In this document: positions 21,589 to 32,650 of the stretch, one piece after another | How the letters are laid out: each line of letters starts with the position of its first letter | How positions within the stretch are numbered: the first letter of the stretch is position 1 | NCBI GenBank assembly: GCA_003483065.1 | Contig: DMWY01000007.1 | Location: 76,962-140,961 of the forward strand | Reading direction: 5' to 3' | Origin: Candidatus Moraniibacteriota bacterium | Lineage (GTDB): Bacteria > Patescibacteriota > Minisyncoccia > Moranbacterales > UBA2206 | DNA: 64,000 nucleotides | Program-made: the position numbers and the translations under genes | The notes under the pieces: model-generated | Told to the model about the DNA's origin: nothing | Database searches by the model: none | Seen by the model: only the letters and a program-made list of their open reading frames with translations

Positions 21589-22212
21589 TTAAATTAGAGG
21601 TACGAAGTTATATCCCGGGTATTCTTCTTTATAAAAATTATCTTCGTCTCTTTTTTCTAGATAAACCAAGCTATTTTTAATTGGAATGACCATCTTACCA
21701 CCAATTTTCAATTGTTTTTTCAAATCCTCTGGAACAACTTTGGCTGAAGCACTAACGATTATTCTGTCATACGGCGCATTATCGGGAAAACCTTTTTTGC
21801 CATCCAGCACATGGAACTCGGCAATCCCCTTGTCAAAATTTTCAACATAATTTTTATATTTTGCTACATTTCCTTTTCCCCACATTGCAAGTTCCTCTAT
21901 CCTTTCTAGTGCCGTGACATGACCCTCTCGTCCTACAATATAACAAAGAAGTGCAGTGATCCAACCGGAGCCAGAACCTACGTCCAAAATTCTTTGTCCG
22001 CGCTGAGGATCCAGCAGTTCAAGCATTATCGCCACTGTTCTTGGTTGAGAAATTGTCTGGCCATGACCAATTGGCAAAGCGATATCGGCCATAAATTCTT
22101 TTTCCAATTCTTCCGGCAAAAATTCCAACCTATTTATTTCTGAGAAAGCATCAATAATCAGATCGGTCTTAAGGTATCCGTTTTTGATTAAATTATTGAT
22201 TAGATTATTCAT
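21589..22212 (-). CDS. pcm: Protein-L-isoaspartate O-methyltransferase
   Basis: LPIG.GQTISQP, LDVGSGSGW, APYDRI.V.A, QLK.GG..VIP. Confidence 0.96.
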   Translation of the reverse strand: MNNLINNLIKNGYLKTDLIIDAFSEINRLEFLPEELEKEFMADIALPIGHGQTISQPRTVAIMLELLDPQRGQRILDVGSGSGWITALLCYIVGREGHVTALERIEELAMWGKGNVAKYKNYVENFDKGIAEFHVLDGKKGFPDNAPYDRIIVSASAKVVPEDLKKQLKIGGKMVIPIKNSLVYLEKRDEDNFYKEEYPGYNFVPLI

Positions 22213-22221
22213 TTTGAGTTT

Positions 22222-22662
22222 TTATAACCCTATAACCTGCACGATGTAGTCTCTTTTTCTTGAACCATCCATTTCTACAAAAAAAATACTTTGTTTTTCT
22301 GAAAGATCCATTTTGCCTTTTTCAATTGGCACTGTTTGACTAGCGCCCAAAAGAATTGCCTTGCAGTGAGAATGTCCGTTCGAACGTCCGTCTGAAGAGG
22401 TAGCGCGATTAAGTTCGAAAAGATCATGTGAATAGCGATCAGACACTGGCACAATGCGATATAAGGTGCGCATAAAATCCTGGATAAGCATTGACTCGTT
22501 GTGATTGATCACAATACCAGAAGTAGTATGTTGAGAAAAAATCAAAACTTGTCCTTCTCGGATACCAGATGCCGAAATCACATCTTCGACTTTTTGAGTA
22601 ACGTCGATAAATTCAATTTGAGTGGAAGTTTCTAACTCAATTTTTTGTTTGTATATTTTCAT
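22222..22662 (-). CDS. yjbQ: YjbQ / UPF0047 family protein
   Basis: HTT...INHNE, Y.HD, NGHSH, Q.IFF.E.DG.R.R; start taken at MKIY. Confidence 0.9.
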   Translation of the reverse strand: MKIYKQKIELETSTQIEFIDVTQKVEDVISASGIREGQVLIFSQHTTSGIVINHNESMLIQDFMRTLYRIVPVSDRYSHDLFELNRATSSDGRSNGHSHCKAILLGASQTVPIEKGKMDLSEKQSIFFVEMDGSRKRDYIVQVIGL

Positions 22663-22743
22663 AAGCGATACGAACAATGCGAATTTCATGCGAATGATGC
22701 GAACTTATTCGTGGCATTCGCATGCATTCGTAAATTAGCATCG

Positions 22744-23874
22744 CTATTTTATTTTAAAAACGCTGGCAACTTTTTTAGCGACTTTTTTATCCAACGCTTC
22801 TGGTATTATTTTACCACTAGTTGGTTTTTTTATCAAACTGGCAATTGCATAAGCTGATTTTATTTTATGTTCATCAGTAATAATCTTGACATTATTATCC
22901 AACGCTCCGCGAAAAATCCCCGGAAAAGCCAAAACATTATTGATTTGATTGGCATAATCACTCCTCCCAGTTGCCACAACACGCGCTCCACCCGCCTTGG
23001 CTCGCTCTGGCATAATTTCTGGAATTGGATTGGCCATCGCAAAAACAATTGAATCTTTGTTCATTTGAGAAATATCCTCCTCGGTAAGAATGTTCGGCGC
23101 AGAAACTCCGATAAAAACATCCGCTCCAGTCAAAGCATCTCGCACATTACCTTTTAAATTATGTGGATTTGTGATATGAGCAATTTCCATTTTTGGACCA
23201 TTTAGTCCTCCACTTCTTTCCTTGTAGATTATCCCCATCCGGTCGAGCATAATAATATGTTTGGCGCCGGCCTTGATTAAAAGTTTAGCGATTGCCACAC
23301 CGGCCGCTCCCGTGCCAGAAATAACAATTTTAACTTTTGCTAAATCTTTTTTGACAACTTTGAGAGCATTAATTAGTCCCGCCAAGACCACAATCGCCGT
23401 GCCATGTTGATCGTCGTGAAAAACCGGAATGTCTAATTCTTTTTTCAATCGTTCTTCAATTTCAAAACATCTTGGTGCTGAAATATCTTCCAAATTTATT
23501 CCGCCGAAAGTTGGAGCTAGATATTTTATGGTTTTGATTAATTCCTGCGTATCTTGAGTATTAAGTACAATTGGAATGGCATCCACTCCGCCCAATTCTT
23601 TGAAAAGCAAAGCCTTCCCCTCCATCACTGGTAGTCCTGCTTCTGGTCCAATATTGCCCAGCCCCAAAACCGCTGATCCATCCGAAATCACCGCCACCGT
23701 ATTTTTCCGCATGGTATAAATTTTGGAAAGTTTTTTGTCTTTGGCAATCGCCCGCGAAACTTCCGCCACCCCCGGCGTATACAAAATCGGCAAAGTTTTT
23801 TTCGTAAGTTTCACTTTGCTTCTAATTTCAATTTTCCCGCCAAGTTTTTGAGAAAGTTGGATTGATTTATGCAT
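22744..23874 (-). CDS. NAD(P)-dependent malic enzyme
   Basis: YTPGVA, GLGNIG, MEGK, FGGINLEDI.AP, HDDQHGTA, G.GAAG, QINNVLAFPG. Confidence 0.97.
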   Translation of the reverse strand: MHKSIQLSQKLGGKIEIRSKVKLTKKTLPILYTPGVAEVSRAIAKDKKLSKIYTMRKNTVAVISDGSAVLGLGNIGPEAGLPVMEGKALLFKELGGVDAIPIVLNTQDTQELIKTIKYLAPTFGGINLEDISAPRCFEIEERLKKELDIPVFHDDQHGTAIVVLAGLINALKVVKKDLAKVKIVISGTGAAGVAIAKLLIKAGAKHIIMLDRMGIIYKERSGGLNGPKMEIAHITNPHNLKGNVRDALTGADVFIGVSAPNILTEEDISQMNKDSIVFAMANPIPEIMPERAKAGGARVVATGRSDYANQINNVLAFPGIFRGALDNNVKIITDEHKIKSAYAIASLIKKPTSGKIIPEALDKKVAKKVASVFKIK

Positions 23875-23875
23875 G

Positions 23876-24271
23876 TTATTTCTCTATTTCATAACTCTTA
23901 TCATCAATAACTATTCCGCCACCTCGACGCATATTACTCATGTCTGTTTTTTTCTCATTCTCAGAATCTCGGATTGTTTTTTCTTCCTGATAAATCTTTC
24001 CATCATTTTTAATAGCACCTTCTACCACTCCCGCTTCGATTGCTCCAGAAACTTTTTCTGAATCAACAACTCCAGGAATCACATATTCCTTTCGGTTAGC
24101 TACGCGCTCATCTGGAACATACTTTCCTTCTGCTAGGGCCTTATCAGCTGAAGCAAAAATTGCTCCAGCAGCCATTGCACCGGCAATCAAGGATGTCTTT
24201 TTTTTCTTTGATGCCTCATTAATCTTTTTTTCAGAACTCATCTCCTCCATTGGATTTTTAAAAAAATTCAT
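23876..24271 (-). CDS. Hypothetical protein
   Basis: ORF packed between trxB and the malic enzyme gene; one hydrophobic segment. Confidence 0.6.
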   Translation of the reverse strand: MNFFKNPMEEMSSEKKINEASKKKKTSLIAGAMAAGAIFASADKALAEGKYVPDERVANRKEYVIPGVVDSEKVSGAIEAGVVEGAIKNDGKIYQEEKTIRDSENEKKTDMSNMRRGGGIVIDDKSYEIEK

Positions 24272-24293
24272 AGTCTTATTTTTAAAAAATTAT

Positions 24294-25217
24294 CTACTTT
24301 AACTTCAACATCTTATATGCACTATTAGCAGAAATTGCGCCCTCAGAACTCGCTGTGATAATTTGACGGAATTTGCTAGATCCGGTGGTTATGTCGCCGG
24401 CGGCAAAAACTCCCGGCACATTAGTACTCATATCTTCTTTTACTTTGATGTAATTTTGTTCATCCGTCATCACGCCAATTTTTTGCGCCAGTTCAACTCC
24501 TGGTTCAGTGCCGACTTCGATAAACACGCCGTCCACTTCCAAATTATTTTGATTATTATACACCTTATCCAAAACTACTTTTTCCACTTTTGCTTCACCT
24601 TTAATTTCAATTACGCCCGTGCCTTTGACCAGTTCTATTTTGGAATTTTGCGCAATTTTTTCCAGCCAAGCCGGCTCAGCTGACATTTTTTCTTCCTTGG
24701 TGATAAGATAGACCTTTTTGGCAAAATCAGTCAGTTCCAAAGTCACTACCGCTGCGCTGTTTCCACCACCAATTACACACACAGTTTTTTCTCGAAAAAA
24801 CATTGCATCACACGTGGCACAATAGGAAACTCCACGTCCGGTAAATTCTTTTTCTCCAGGAATATTCATCTTGCGGTAATGCGCGCCCATAGCCAGAATG
24901 ATTGCTCGAGTTTTATAAATATTTTTTGCACAATTTATTTGGAAAGTTCCGTCCTCTAATTTGGAAATTCCAGCTACTGATTCTCGATTTATTTTTGCAC
25001 CAAAACTCTCAGCGTGTTCCACAAATTTGGAAATTAAATCATGCCCTGAGATTTTTCTTTCTCCTGGCCAATTTTCCAAGTCATAAATTTCATTCATCTG
25101 TCCCCCTTGAGAAGCGCCAAAAATAAGATGCTCTAACTTATATCGTGAAGCATAAATTGAAGCACTGAGACCGGCTGGGCCGGCGCCGATGATTGCTAGA
25201 TCATACACATGATTCAT
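24294..25217 (-). CDS. trxB: Thioredoxin reductase
   Basis: GAGPAG, GVSYCATCD, GGGNSA, FAAGD. Confidence 0.97.
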   Translation of the reverse strand: MNHVYDLAIIGAGPAGLSASIYASRYKLEHLIFGASQGGQMNEIYDLENWPGERKISGHDLISKFVEHAESFGAKINRESVAGISKLEDGTFQINCAKNIYKTRAIILAMGAHYRKMNIPGEKEFTGRGVSYCATCDAMFFREKTVCVIGGGNSAAVVTLELTDFAKKVYLITKEEKMSAEPAWLEKIAQNSKIELVKGTGVIEIKGEAKVEKVVLDKVYNNQNNLEVDGVFIEVGTEPGVELAQKIGVMTDEQNYIKVKEDMSTNVPGVFAAGDITTGSSKFRQIITASSEGAISANSAYKMLKLK

Positions 25218-25286
25218 ATTAACATTTTAACATAATAGCATTTCAGCATTTTGTTAATATGCTAAAATGCTAAAATTATTTTTGAT

Positions 25287-25601
25287 TTAAGCTTTTTCCA
25301 ATTCCTCCTTCAAAGCTTCTTTTGATTGCACACCCACCAACTGTTTGACCATTTTACCACCCTTGAAAATCATAATAGTTGGGATAGACATGATTCCAAA
25401 AGTTTGCGCCACTTGCGAATTTTCATCCACATTCAATTTTCCAACTTTAGCTTTGTCTGCCATTTCCTTGGCTAATTCTTCCACAATTGGTCCCATCATT
25501 TGACATGGCCCACACCATGGTGCCCAAAAATCAACCAGCGTCGGTTTATCGCTTTTCAATACTTCCCCCTCAAAGTTTTGATCGGTAAATACAGTTTCCA
25601 T
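25287..25601 (-). CDS. trxA: Thioredoxin
   Basis: VDFWAPWCGPC, SIPT; start taken at METV. Confidence 0.98.
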   Translation of the reverse strand: METVFTDQNFEGEVLKSDKPTLVDFWAPWCGPCQMMGPIVEELAKEMADKAKVGKLNVDENSQVAQTFGIMSIPTIMIFKGGKMVKQLVGVQSKEALKEELEKA

Positions 25602-25830
25602 AAAAAACAATTTTATTTGCAAATATAGTCTTTACTATGATTTGAAATATTTAAAATTTAGAATATTTTAAATTCCTAATTACTAATTTCTAATTCCTAA
25701 TAAAATTTCCAATTAATAAATTATTAAAATTGGCATTGAACATTTGGATTTTTATTGGAAATTAGGTATTAGATATTGGAAATTAAACAGATGATTATAG
25801 AATTTATACATCCAAGCTCTGGAATAATTT

Positions 25831-26544
25831 CTATTCCCCAAATCTTCTTTCTCTTCTCGCGTATTCTTCCAGCGCTTCTTCAAATTTATCCTCATTAAAA
25901 TCAGGGAAATTCTCCGGGGAAAAATAAAGTTGCGCATCAGATGAATCCCACATCAAAAATCCATTGGAATTATGTGGTTCTCCACCTGTTCGAATCATAA
26001 AGTCCACCGGCGGAAGTTCACTTGTCATCAAATTAGCTTTCAAAATTTCTGGCGTAATCTTTGCCCCTTTTTCCGATTTGGCAATAATTTTTTCCACAGC
26101 TTGGAGCATATCATCAGTGCCACTGTAGGCCAGCATAAAATTTAACATTCTTTTTTTATAATGTTTGGTTTTTTCAATTGCTTCCTTGATTATGTTTTTT
26201 AGCGATTCTGGGAATTGTTCTTCCCAATGACCAATCACATTTACCTGCACTTCATTTTCATGAATTTCTTTTCCCTCCAAAAGTCTTTGGAAATATCTTT
26301 TATAAATATCCAGAAGTGCTTTTTTTTCTGCAATCGGACGCTTCAAAAGATTGTCCATTGAGGAACCCCAAAGAGAAAGACAGTTTATTTCTTTCTTGAG
26401 TGCAAATTGAATTAATTTTTCGAGATTTGTCGCTCCTGCATCATGTCCTTCCCAAGGATCAAGGCCTTTGGCCTTGGCCCAACGCCGATTTCCGTCAGGG
26501 ATAATGGCAATGTGATGCGGAATGAATTTCGAGTTGTTTTCCAT
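25831..26544 (-). CDS. uppS: Undecaprenyl diphosphate synthase
   Basis: HIAIIPDGNRRWA, IRTGGE, R.RRFG. Confidence 0.96.
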   Translation of the reverse strand: MENNSKFIPHHIAIIPDGNRRWAKAKGLDPWEGHDAGATNLEKLIQFALKKEINCLSLWGSSMDNLLKRPIAEKKALLDIYKRYFQRLLEGKEIHENEVQVNVIGHWEEQFPESLKNIIKEAIEKTKHYKKRMLNFMLAYSGTDDMLQAVEKIIAKSEKGAKITPEILKANLMTSELPPVDFMIRTGGEPHNSNGFLMWDSSDAQLYFSPENFPDFNEDKFEEALEEYARRERRFGE

Positions 26545-26589
26545 AATTAAAATAATAGCTTAAAAAAGAAGAGAGGGCAACTACTCTGA

Positions 26590-27687
26590 CTAGACCTCTC
26601 TTTTGATTATATATTCAGCTAATCCTTGCATAAAAAACTTCGCTTCATCATTTTTAAATTCAATTTTCTTGAGTGCTTCCAGTGACTGTGCCACAAAATT
26701 TTCGGCTAAGTTTTGACTATATTCCAATGATCCAGTTTCTCTAATTATTTGTCTAAATTCTTCCAATTCATTTTTGGTAAGATCTTTTTTGCCTAAATAT
26801 TTTTCCAGAATTTTTTTCTGCTGGCGCGTTCCTTTTTGCAAAGCCTTAAGAAGAAGCAGTGTTTGCTTTCCTTCTGACACATCTGATCCGACTGGTTTGC
26901 CAGTTTTCTTTTCGTCACCAAAAATTCCCAAGATATCATCCCTGATTTGAAAAGCTTTTCCCAGTGGCAAAGAATAGGCGCTAAATTTGTCCAAACTTTT
27001 TTTGTCTGAGTTGCCACTTAAGATACTGCCAAAATGAAGCGGGCCTTCAAAAGTATAGCGGGAAGTTTTTCCTTCAAACATATGGAGAATTTCTTTTTCA
27101 TTGGATCGTCCCCGATTTTCCATCACCACATCTAACATTTCTCCGGCGCAAGTGATATATACAATGTTTTGCATCTTATCCAACGCTTTAATAATTATTT
27201 CTGGAGAAAATTTTGAATTGAAAATTATTTCATTAGCCATCGCATAAGCAATGTCACCCGTAATTATCGCCATTGAATTTCCAAAATGCGCGCTGTCTTC
27301 TTTGGATTTGGAAATTATCCTTTGCCCGATTTTTTTGTATTTCTCGTGCACCGTTGTGATACCATGCCTTTTTTCATCGCGATCAATGATGTCATCATGA
27401 ATCAAAAGAAAACTATGAATTATCTCCAAGCTCATCGAAACTTCCAAAATTTTCTGGTCTTCCTTTCCGCCACTAGCCAAATAGCCATAATAGACCAAAG
27501 CCGGCCGAATTCTTTTTCCGCCCGCCAGCGTGAAATCTGCAATCATTTTGATTGCCTGACTCGCAAAAAAATCAACCTCTTTGGCTTTTTTTATCTTCTG
27601 TTTGAAGTATTTTTCCAAACACGGATCAAATCTTTTCTTATATTTTTTCAAAATCTCAATTGCATCCATAATAATATTTTTATTCAA
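26590..27687 (-). CDS. Polyprenyl (FPP/GGPP) synthase
   Basis: GGKR.RP, LIHDDIID....RHG, KT, AFQIRDD. Confidence 0.96.
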   Translation of the reverse strand: MNKNIIMDAIEILKKYKKRFDPCLEKYFKQKIKKAKEVDFFASQAIKMIADFTLAGGKRIRPALVYYGYLASGGKEDQKILEVSMSLEIIHSFLLIHDDIIDRDEKRHGITTVHEKYKKIGQRIISKSKEDSAHFGNSMAIITGDIAYAMANEIIFNSKFSPEIIIKALDKMQNIVYITCAGEMLDVVMENRGRSNEKEILHMFEGKTSRYTFEGPLHFGSILSGNSDKKSLDKFSAYSLPLGKAFQIRDDILGIFGDEKKTGKPVGSDVSEGKQTLLLLKALQKGTRQQKKILEKYLGKKDLTKNELEEFRQIIRETGSLEYSQNLAENFVAQSLEALKKIEFKNDEAKFFMQGLAEYIIKREV

Positions 27688-27807
27688 ATAACAACTAAAA
27701 TAAGCCTATCAAAAAATAGCATCTTTAGCAAGAAAAAAAATAAGACGTCACCATGTATAATGATGACGCCTAAAGGCTAAGGTTGATATTTTAATGGGGA
27801 ATCTCAA

Positions 27808-29340
27808 TTAAATCCCCATTTCTTCTGTCCATAATTCTTCCAGTGATTTTCCCGCCATCAGCTGGATTATCTTCTGGTAATTTAAGGAAGTTTGATTCAG
27901 AAGCTCATCCGGGGGAATCCATGAAGGATCTTTTTTAACTCCAGCCGCTTCTCCGGCGTCCCTAACGGGTTGTTTATCCAGACTCGGAGGAGTTTCTCCT
28001 TCTTCCATAGCTTTTTGCACGCCCTCTTCCGGCCAAAAACGGCTGGAATCGGGCGTAAGCACTTCATCGATTAAGATGATATTCCCCTCTGCATCAATGC
28101 CGAATTCAAACTTTGTATCAGCAATGATGATGCCGGCTTTTTTGGCCAGCTCACGAGCACGAGAGAAAAGATGCAATGACATGTTTTTGATAGTCGTTGC
28201 GTTTTCTTCACCGATAATTCTGACTGCATCCCCTAAGGAAATATTTTCATCATGCAAGCCATAATCAGCTTTGGTTGATGGCGTGAAAATAATTTCCGGA
28301 AGCTCACTGCCGTCAACAAGTCCGCGCGGAAGTTCAATGCCACAGACCTTGCCGGTTTTTCTGTAATCTTTGAACCCGGAACCGGTCAGATTTCCACGAA
28401 CAATTGCTTCGATCTTTTGCACTTGGGTTTTTTCGACCACAATCATATTCATCATTAAATAGTCAAATAAATCCTGCGTGCTATTTTCTCCAAAAGCCAC
28501 ACCCTTCTGAATTTCTTCCGGAAGAAATCCCAGAATATTCCGACCATAAGCCATTAGATGATTGGGAATATTCGCGAAAACTTTGGTCAACCAGAAAATT
28601 GTCATGGCGGTAAGCACTGCTCCCTTGTGTCTCACGCGTGCGTTCAAAACAATATCATAGATACTGATTCTGTCAGTGGCGAGAATATAGAGCAGATTGG
28701 GAAATTCGGGATTGATAAATGTTTCTCTGGTTTTTCCTGTATATACATGGAAGAAACCGTAACTTTCCAAATTCCGGATAACATCATCGTAGCTCGCTAC
28801 ACCCGGATATTTAATCCGGGAAATTTCATACACTTCTTCAGGACTAAATCTTTCCGCCGGCTTTTGTTCTTCCAACACGATTTCTGGCAGTTCACCCAAT
28901 ATCGCATATTGAAATGCGGTCGTCGGATCTTGGAAAAATTCTTCCTGGAAAATAAACTGGGAGTTCGGCACTTGTTTGGCACTAAGATAAGCCGCCATAC
29001 TTGCTTCTTCAATTTTCCCCTTGAGAGGAACGGCGACAATATGAGTAACGGAATTTTTCAGTTCATTGCGCCCGATAGCGTCGGCGTCTCCGAGGAGAGC
29101 TGCCAATTTACCTGCAGCGGCAATGAGCACATCGATTTTTTTCTTTTTGTATTCCCGAAGGAATTTCTTCAGTTCTTTCGGATTGCGATGAGCACTACAT
29201 ACATCAAAAATTTCCCATACGATCTTTTTTTGCCTTTTCGCGATCCGCAACAGGTTAATTCCTTCGCGAATTGCTGGAATGTCTGTTTTCGAGCCGGCAA
29301 TCACCGCGATTTTTCTCAGTTTTTTGGGTTTTGTTTTCAT
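27808..29340 (-). CDS. Fused PurE (N-terminal) - PurC (SAICAR synthetase) protein
   Basis: GSKTD, SAHRNP, AAAG..AAL (PurE); GKTRE, TDRIS.YD, EAIVRG.LTGSG, FTPSTKA, DTKFEFG, DEVLTPDSSRFW, DKQ..RD (PurC). Confidence 0.9.
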   Translation of the reverse strand: MKTKPKKLRKIAVIAGSKTDIPAIREGINLLRIAKRQKKIVWEIFDVCSAHRNPKELKKFLREYKKKKIDVLIAAAGKLAALLGDADAIGRNELKNSVTHIVAVPLKGKIEEASMAAYLSAKQVPNSQFIFQEEFFQDPTTAFQYAILGELPEIVLEEQKPAERFSPEEVYEISRIKYPGVASYDDVIRNLESYGFFHVYTGKTRETFINPEFPNLLYILATDRISIYDIVLNARVRHKGAVLTAMTIFWLTKVFANIPNHLMAYGRNILGFLPEEIQKGVAFGENSTQDLFDYLMMNMIVVEKTQVQKIEAIVRGNLTGSGFKDYRKTGKVCGIELPRGLVDGSELPEIIFTPSTKADYGLHDENISLGDAVRIIGEENATTIKNMSLHLFSRARELAKKAGIIIADTKFEFGIDAEGNIILIDEVLTPDSSRFWPEEGVQKAMEEGETPPSLDKQPVRDAGEAAGVKKDPSWIPPDELLNQTSLNYQKIIQLMAGKSLEELWTEEMGI

Positions 29341-29445
29341 GCGCTCCTCCTTTTTCTCTTGCCGTTAAAAATATAATGCCCATACGTTCAATTTTTCTTC
29401 CAACTTAAAACAGTTTCTCACCTCCTCCCACATTTTTAAATTGTT

Positions 29446-29928
29446 TCAAATTTTGTTCGAAAAAAATTCAATAATTTCATATGGAGCCAATCTTTTGGCT
29501 TTTTCATATTCACTGATTTTAAGCTCTGGCAAATTACCAGAGATAATATCTTTAAATATCTTGGTTTGATTTGATTGCCCCAACACAACTGGCACAACGC
29601 ATATTTTTTTATTTCCGCATTTATGTCTCAGATTCGAAATGATAATTTCCACGTAATCACAATCTGAAACAACAGTCACAACATCAATGTCCATCTGGGT
29701 ATACTCCTGGAGTATATCATCAAGACCCTTTGGGTCTTTGCAAATATCACAGGTGTGCAAAACAACCCAACTAACAATTTTTTTAGATCTTTCCTTCCAA
29801 AGAAGCATTACCCCTTCTCGAATCTTCAGAATACTTTCTTCCGAATCAACCAATAACGCAACTTTTTTCGGCTTTAGAACTTCTTTAGTGATGTCGATAA
29901 TTTTCTCTGGTTTTGGCATAGCAATCAT
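29446..29928 (-). CDS. Degenerate PurE-like paralog
   Basis: Aligns by eye to the N-terminal part of 27808..29340 (IREG..LL...R.KKI.W; G.LPE; R..P.E..E) but lacks SAHR. Confidence 0.6.
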   Translation of the reverse strand: MIAMPKPEKIIDITKEVLKPKKVALLVDSEESILKIREGVMLLWKERSKKIVSWVVLHTCDICKDPKGLDDILQEYTQMDIDVVTVVSDCDYVEIIISNLRHKCGNKKICVVPVVLGQSNQTKIFKDIISGNLPELKISEYEKAKRLAPYEIIEFFSNKI

Positions 29929-30137
29929 TTTCCTTTCATTTGATTTCGGTTTTTTGGTTTATATTTCTAGTGAATTATTTTTAATTCAAAATTTCCTACT
30001 TTTTATTCATTTTTCAAACAACAAAAGCCAATTTTATTGGCCCTCCTTAGATATCACCCTAGCACAAAAACACAAAAAAAATCAAGCTCTTTAGTAAGCT
30101 TGATTTTTTGCGTATTTTCAGAAATATAGGATATTTT

Positions 30138-32024
<1,887 letters not shown>

Positions 32025-32039
32025 AGCCATCTCAAAAAA

Positions 32040-32330
32040 TTATTCTAATATACCAAGTATATCTCCTTCACTAATCAACAAATATTTTTCTTCATCAATT
32101 TTTATCTCATCTGGAGAATATTTTTTGAACATCACTTTGTCTCCAACTCTCACATTCATTGATTTTAGTTGTCCATTTTCCATAATTTTCCCTGGACCCA
32201 CTGCCAACACTTCTCCCTTTTCCGGTTTTTCTTTGTTGGCATTATCAGGCAAAACAATCCCTGAAGCAGTAGTTTCTTCCGCGCTCATTGGCTTCACGAC
32301 TACGTTGTCGTGTAACGGTTTCAATTTCAT
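32040..32330 (-). CDS. groS: Co-chaperonin GroES
   Basis: KPLHD.VV, TASGIVLP, G.V.AVGPG. Confidence 0.99.
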   Translation of the reverse strand: MKLKPLHDNVVVKPMSAEETTASGIVLPDNANKEKPEKGEVLAVGPGKIMENGQLKSMNVRVGDKVMFKKYSPDEIKIDEEKYLLISEGDILGILE

Positions 32331-32397
32331 ATTTTTGATTCCTGCTTTAATCTAAAAAATTAGATTAAAACCGAAAAATTAATAATTAGCAAAGTAA

Positions 32398-32424
32398 TTA
32401 GCACTCGCATCATCCGACTGCTAA
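32398..32424. promoter_or_regulatory. CIRCE element (HrcA operator)
   Basis: TTAGCACTC-N9-GACTGCTAA, one mismatch to consensus, upstream of groES. Confidence 0.9.
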
Positions 32425-32429
32425 TTTAT

Positions 32430-32457
32430 ATTGTATAGAAAAATTGAAGAGTGTCAA
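32430..32457 (-). promoter_or_regulatory. Sigma70 promoter of groESL
   Basis: TTGACA-16 nt-TACAAT on the minus strand, just upstream of CIRCE. Confidence 0.7.
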
Positions 32458-32470
32458 GATGATATCCAAG

Positions 32471-32542
32471 TAGCCTCAAGGGGAATCGAACCCCTGTTTC
32501 CAGGATGAGAACCTGATGTCCTAGCCGCTAGACGATGAGGCC
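32471..32542 (-). tRNA. tRNA-Glu (CTC)
   Basis: Cloverleaf ggcctca...tgaggct, anticodon loop ttCTCat, GGTTCGATTCC T-arm; CCA not encoded. Confidence 0.96.
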
Positions 32543-32650
32543 ACTTTTATAATCTAGCAACAATCTGATGTTTAATCAAGATATGGGCAAAAAAACAAAC
32601 TTTTACTATTTTTCAATTTTTTGCTATACTTATATTGAAAAAAGTCTGCT

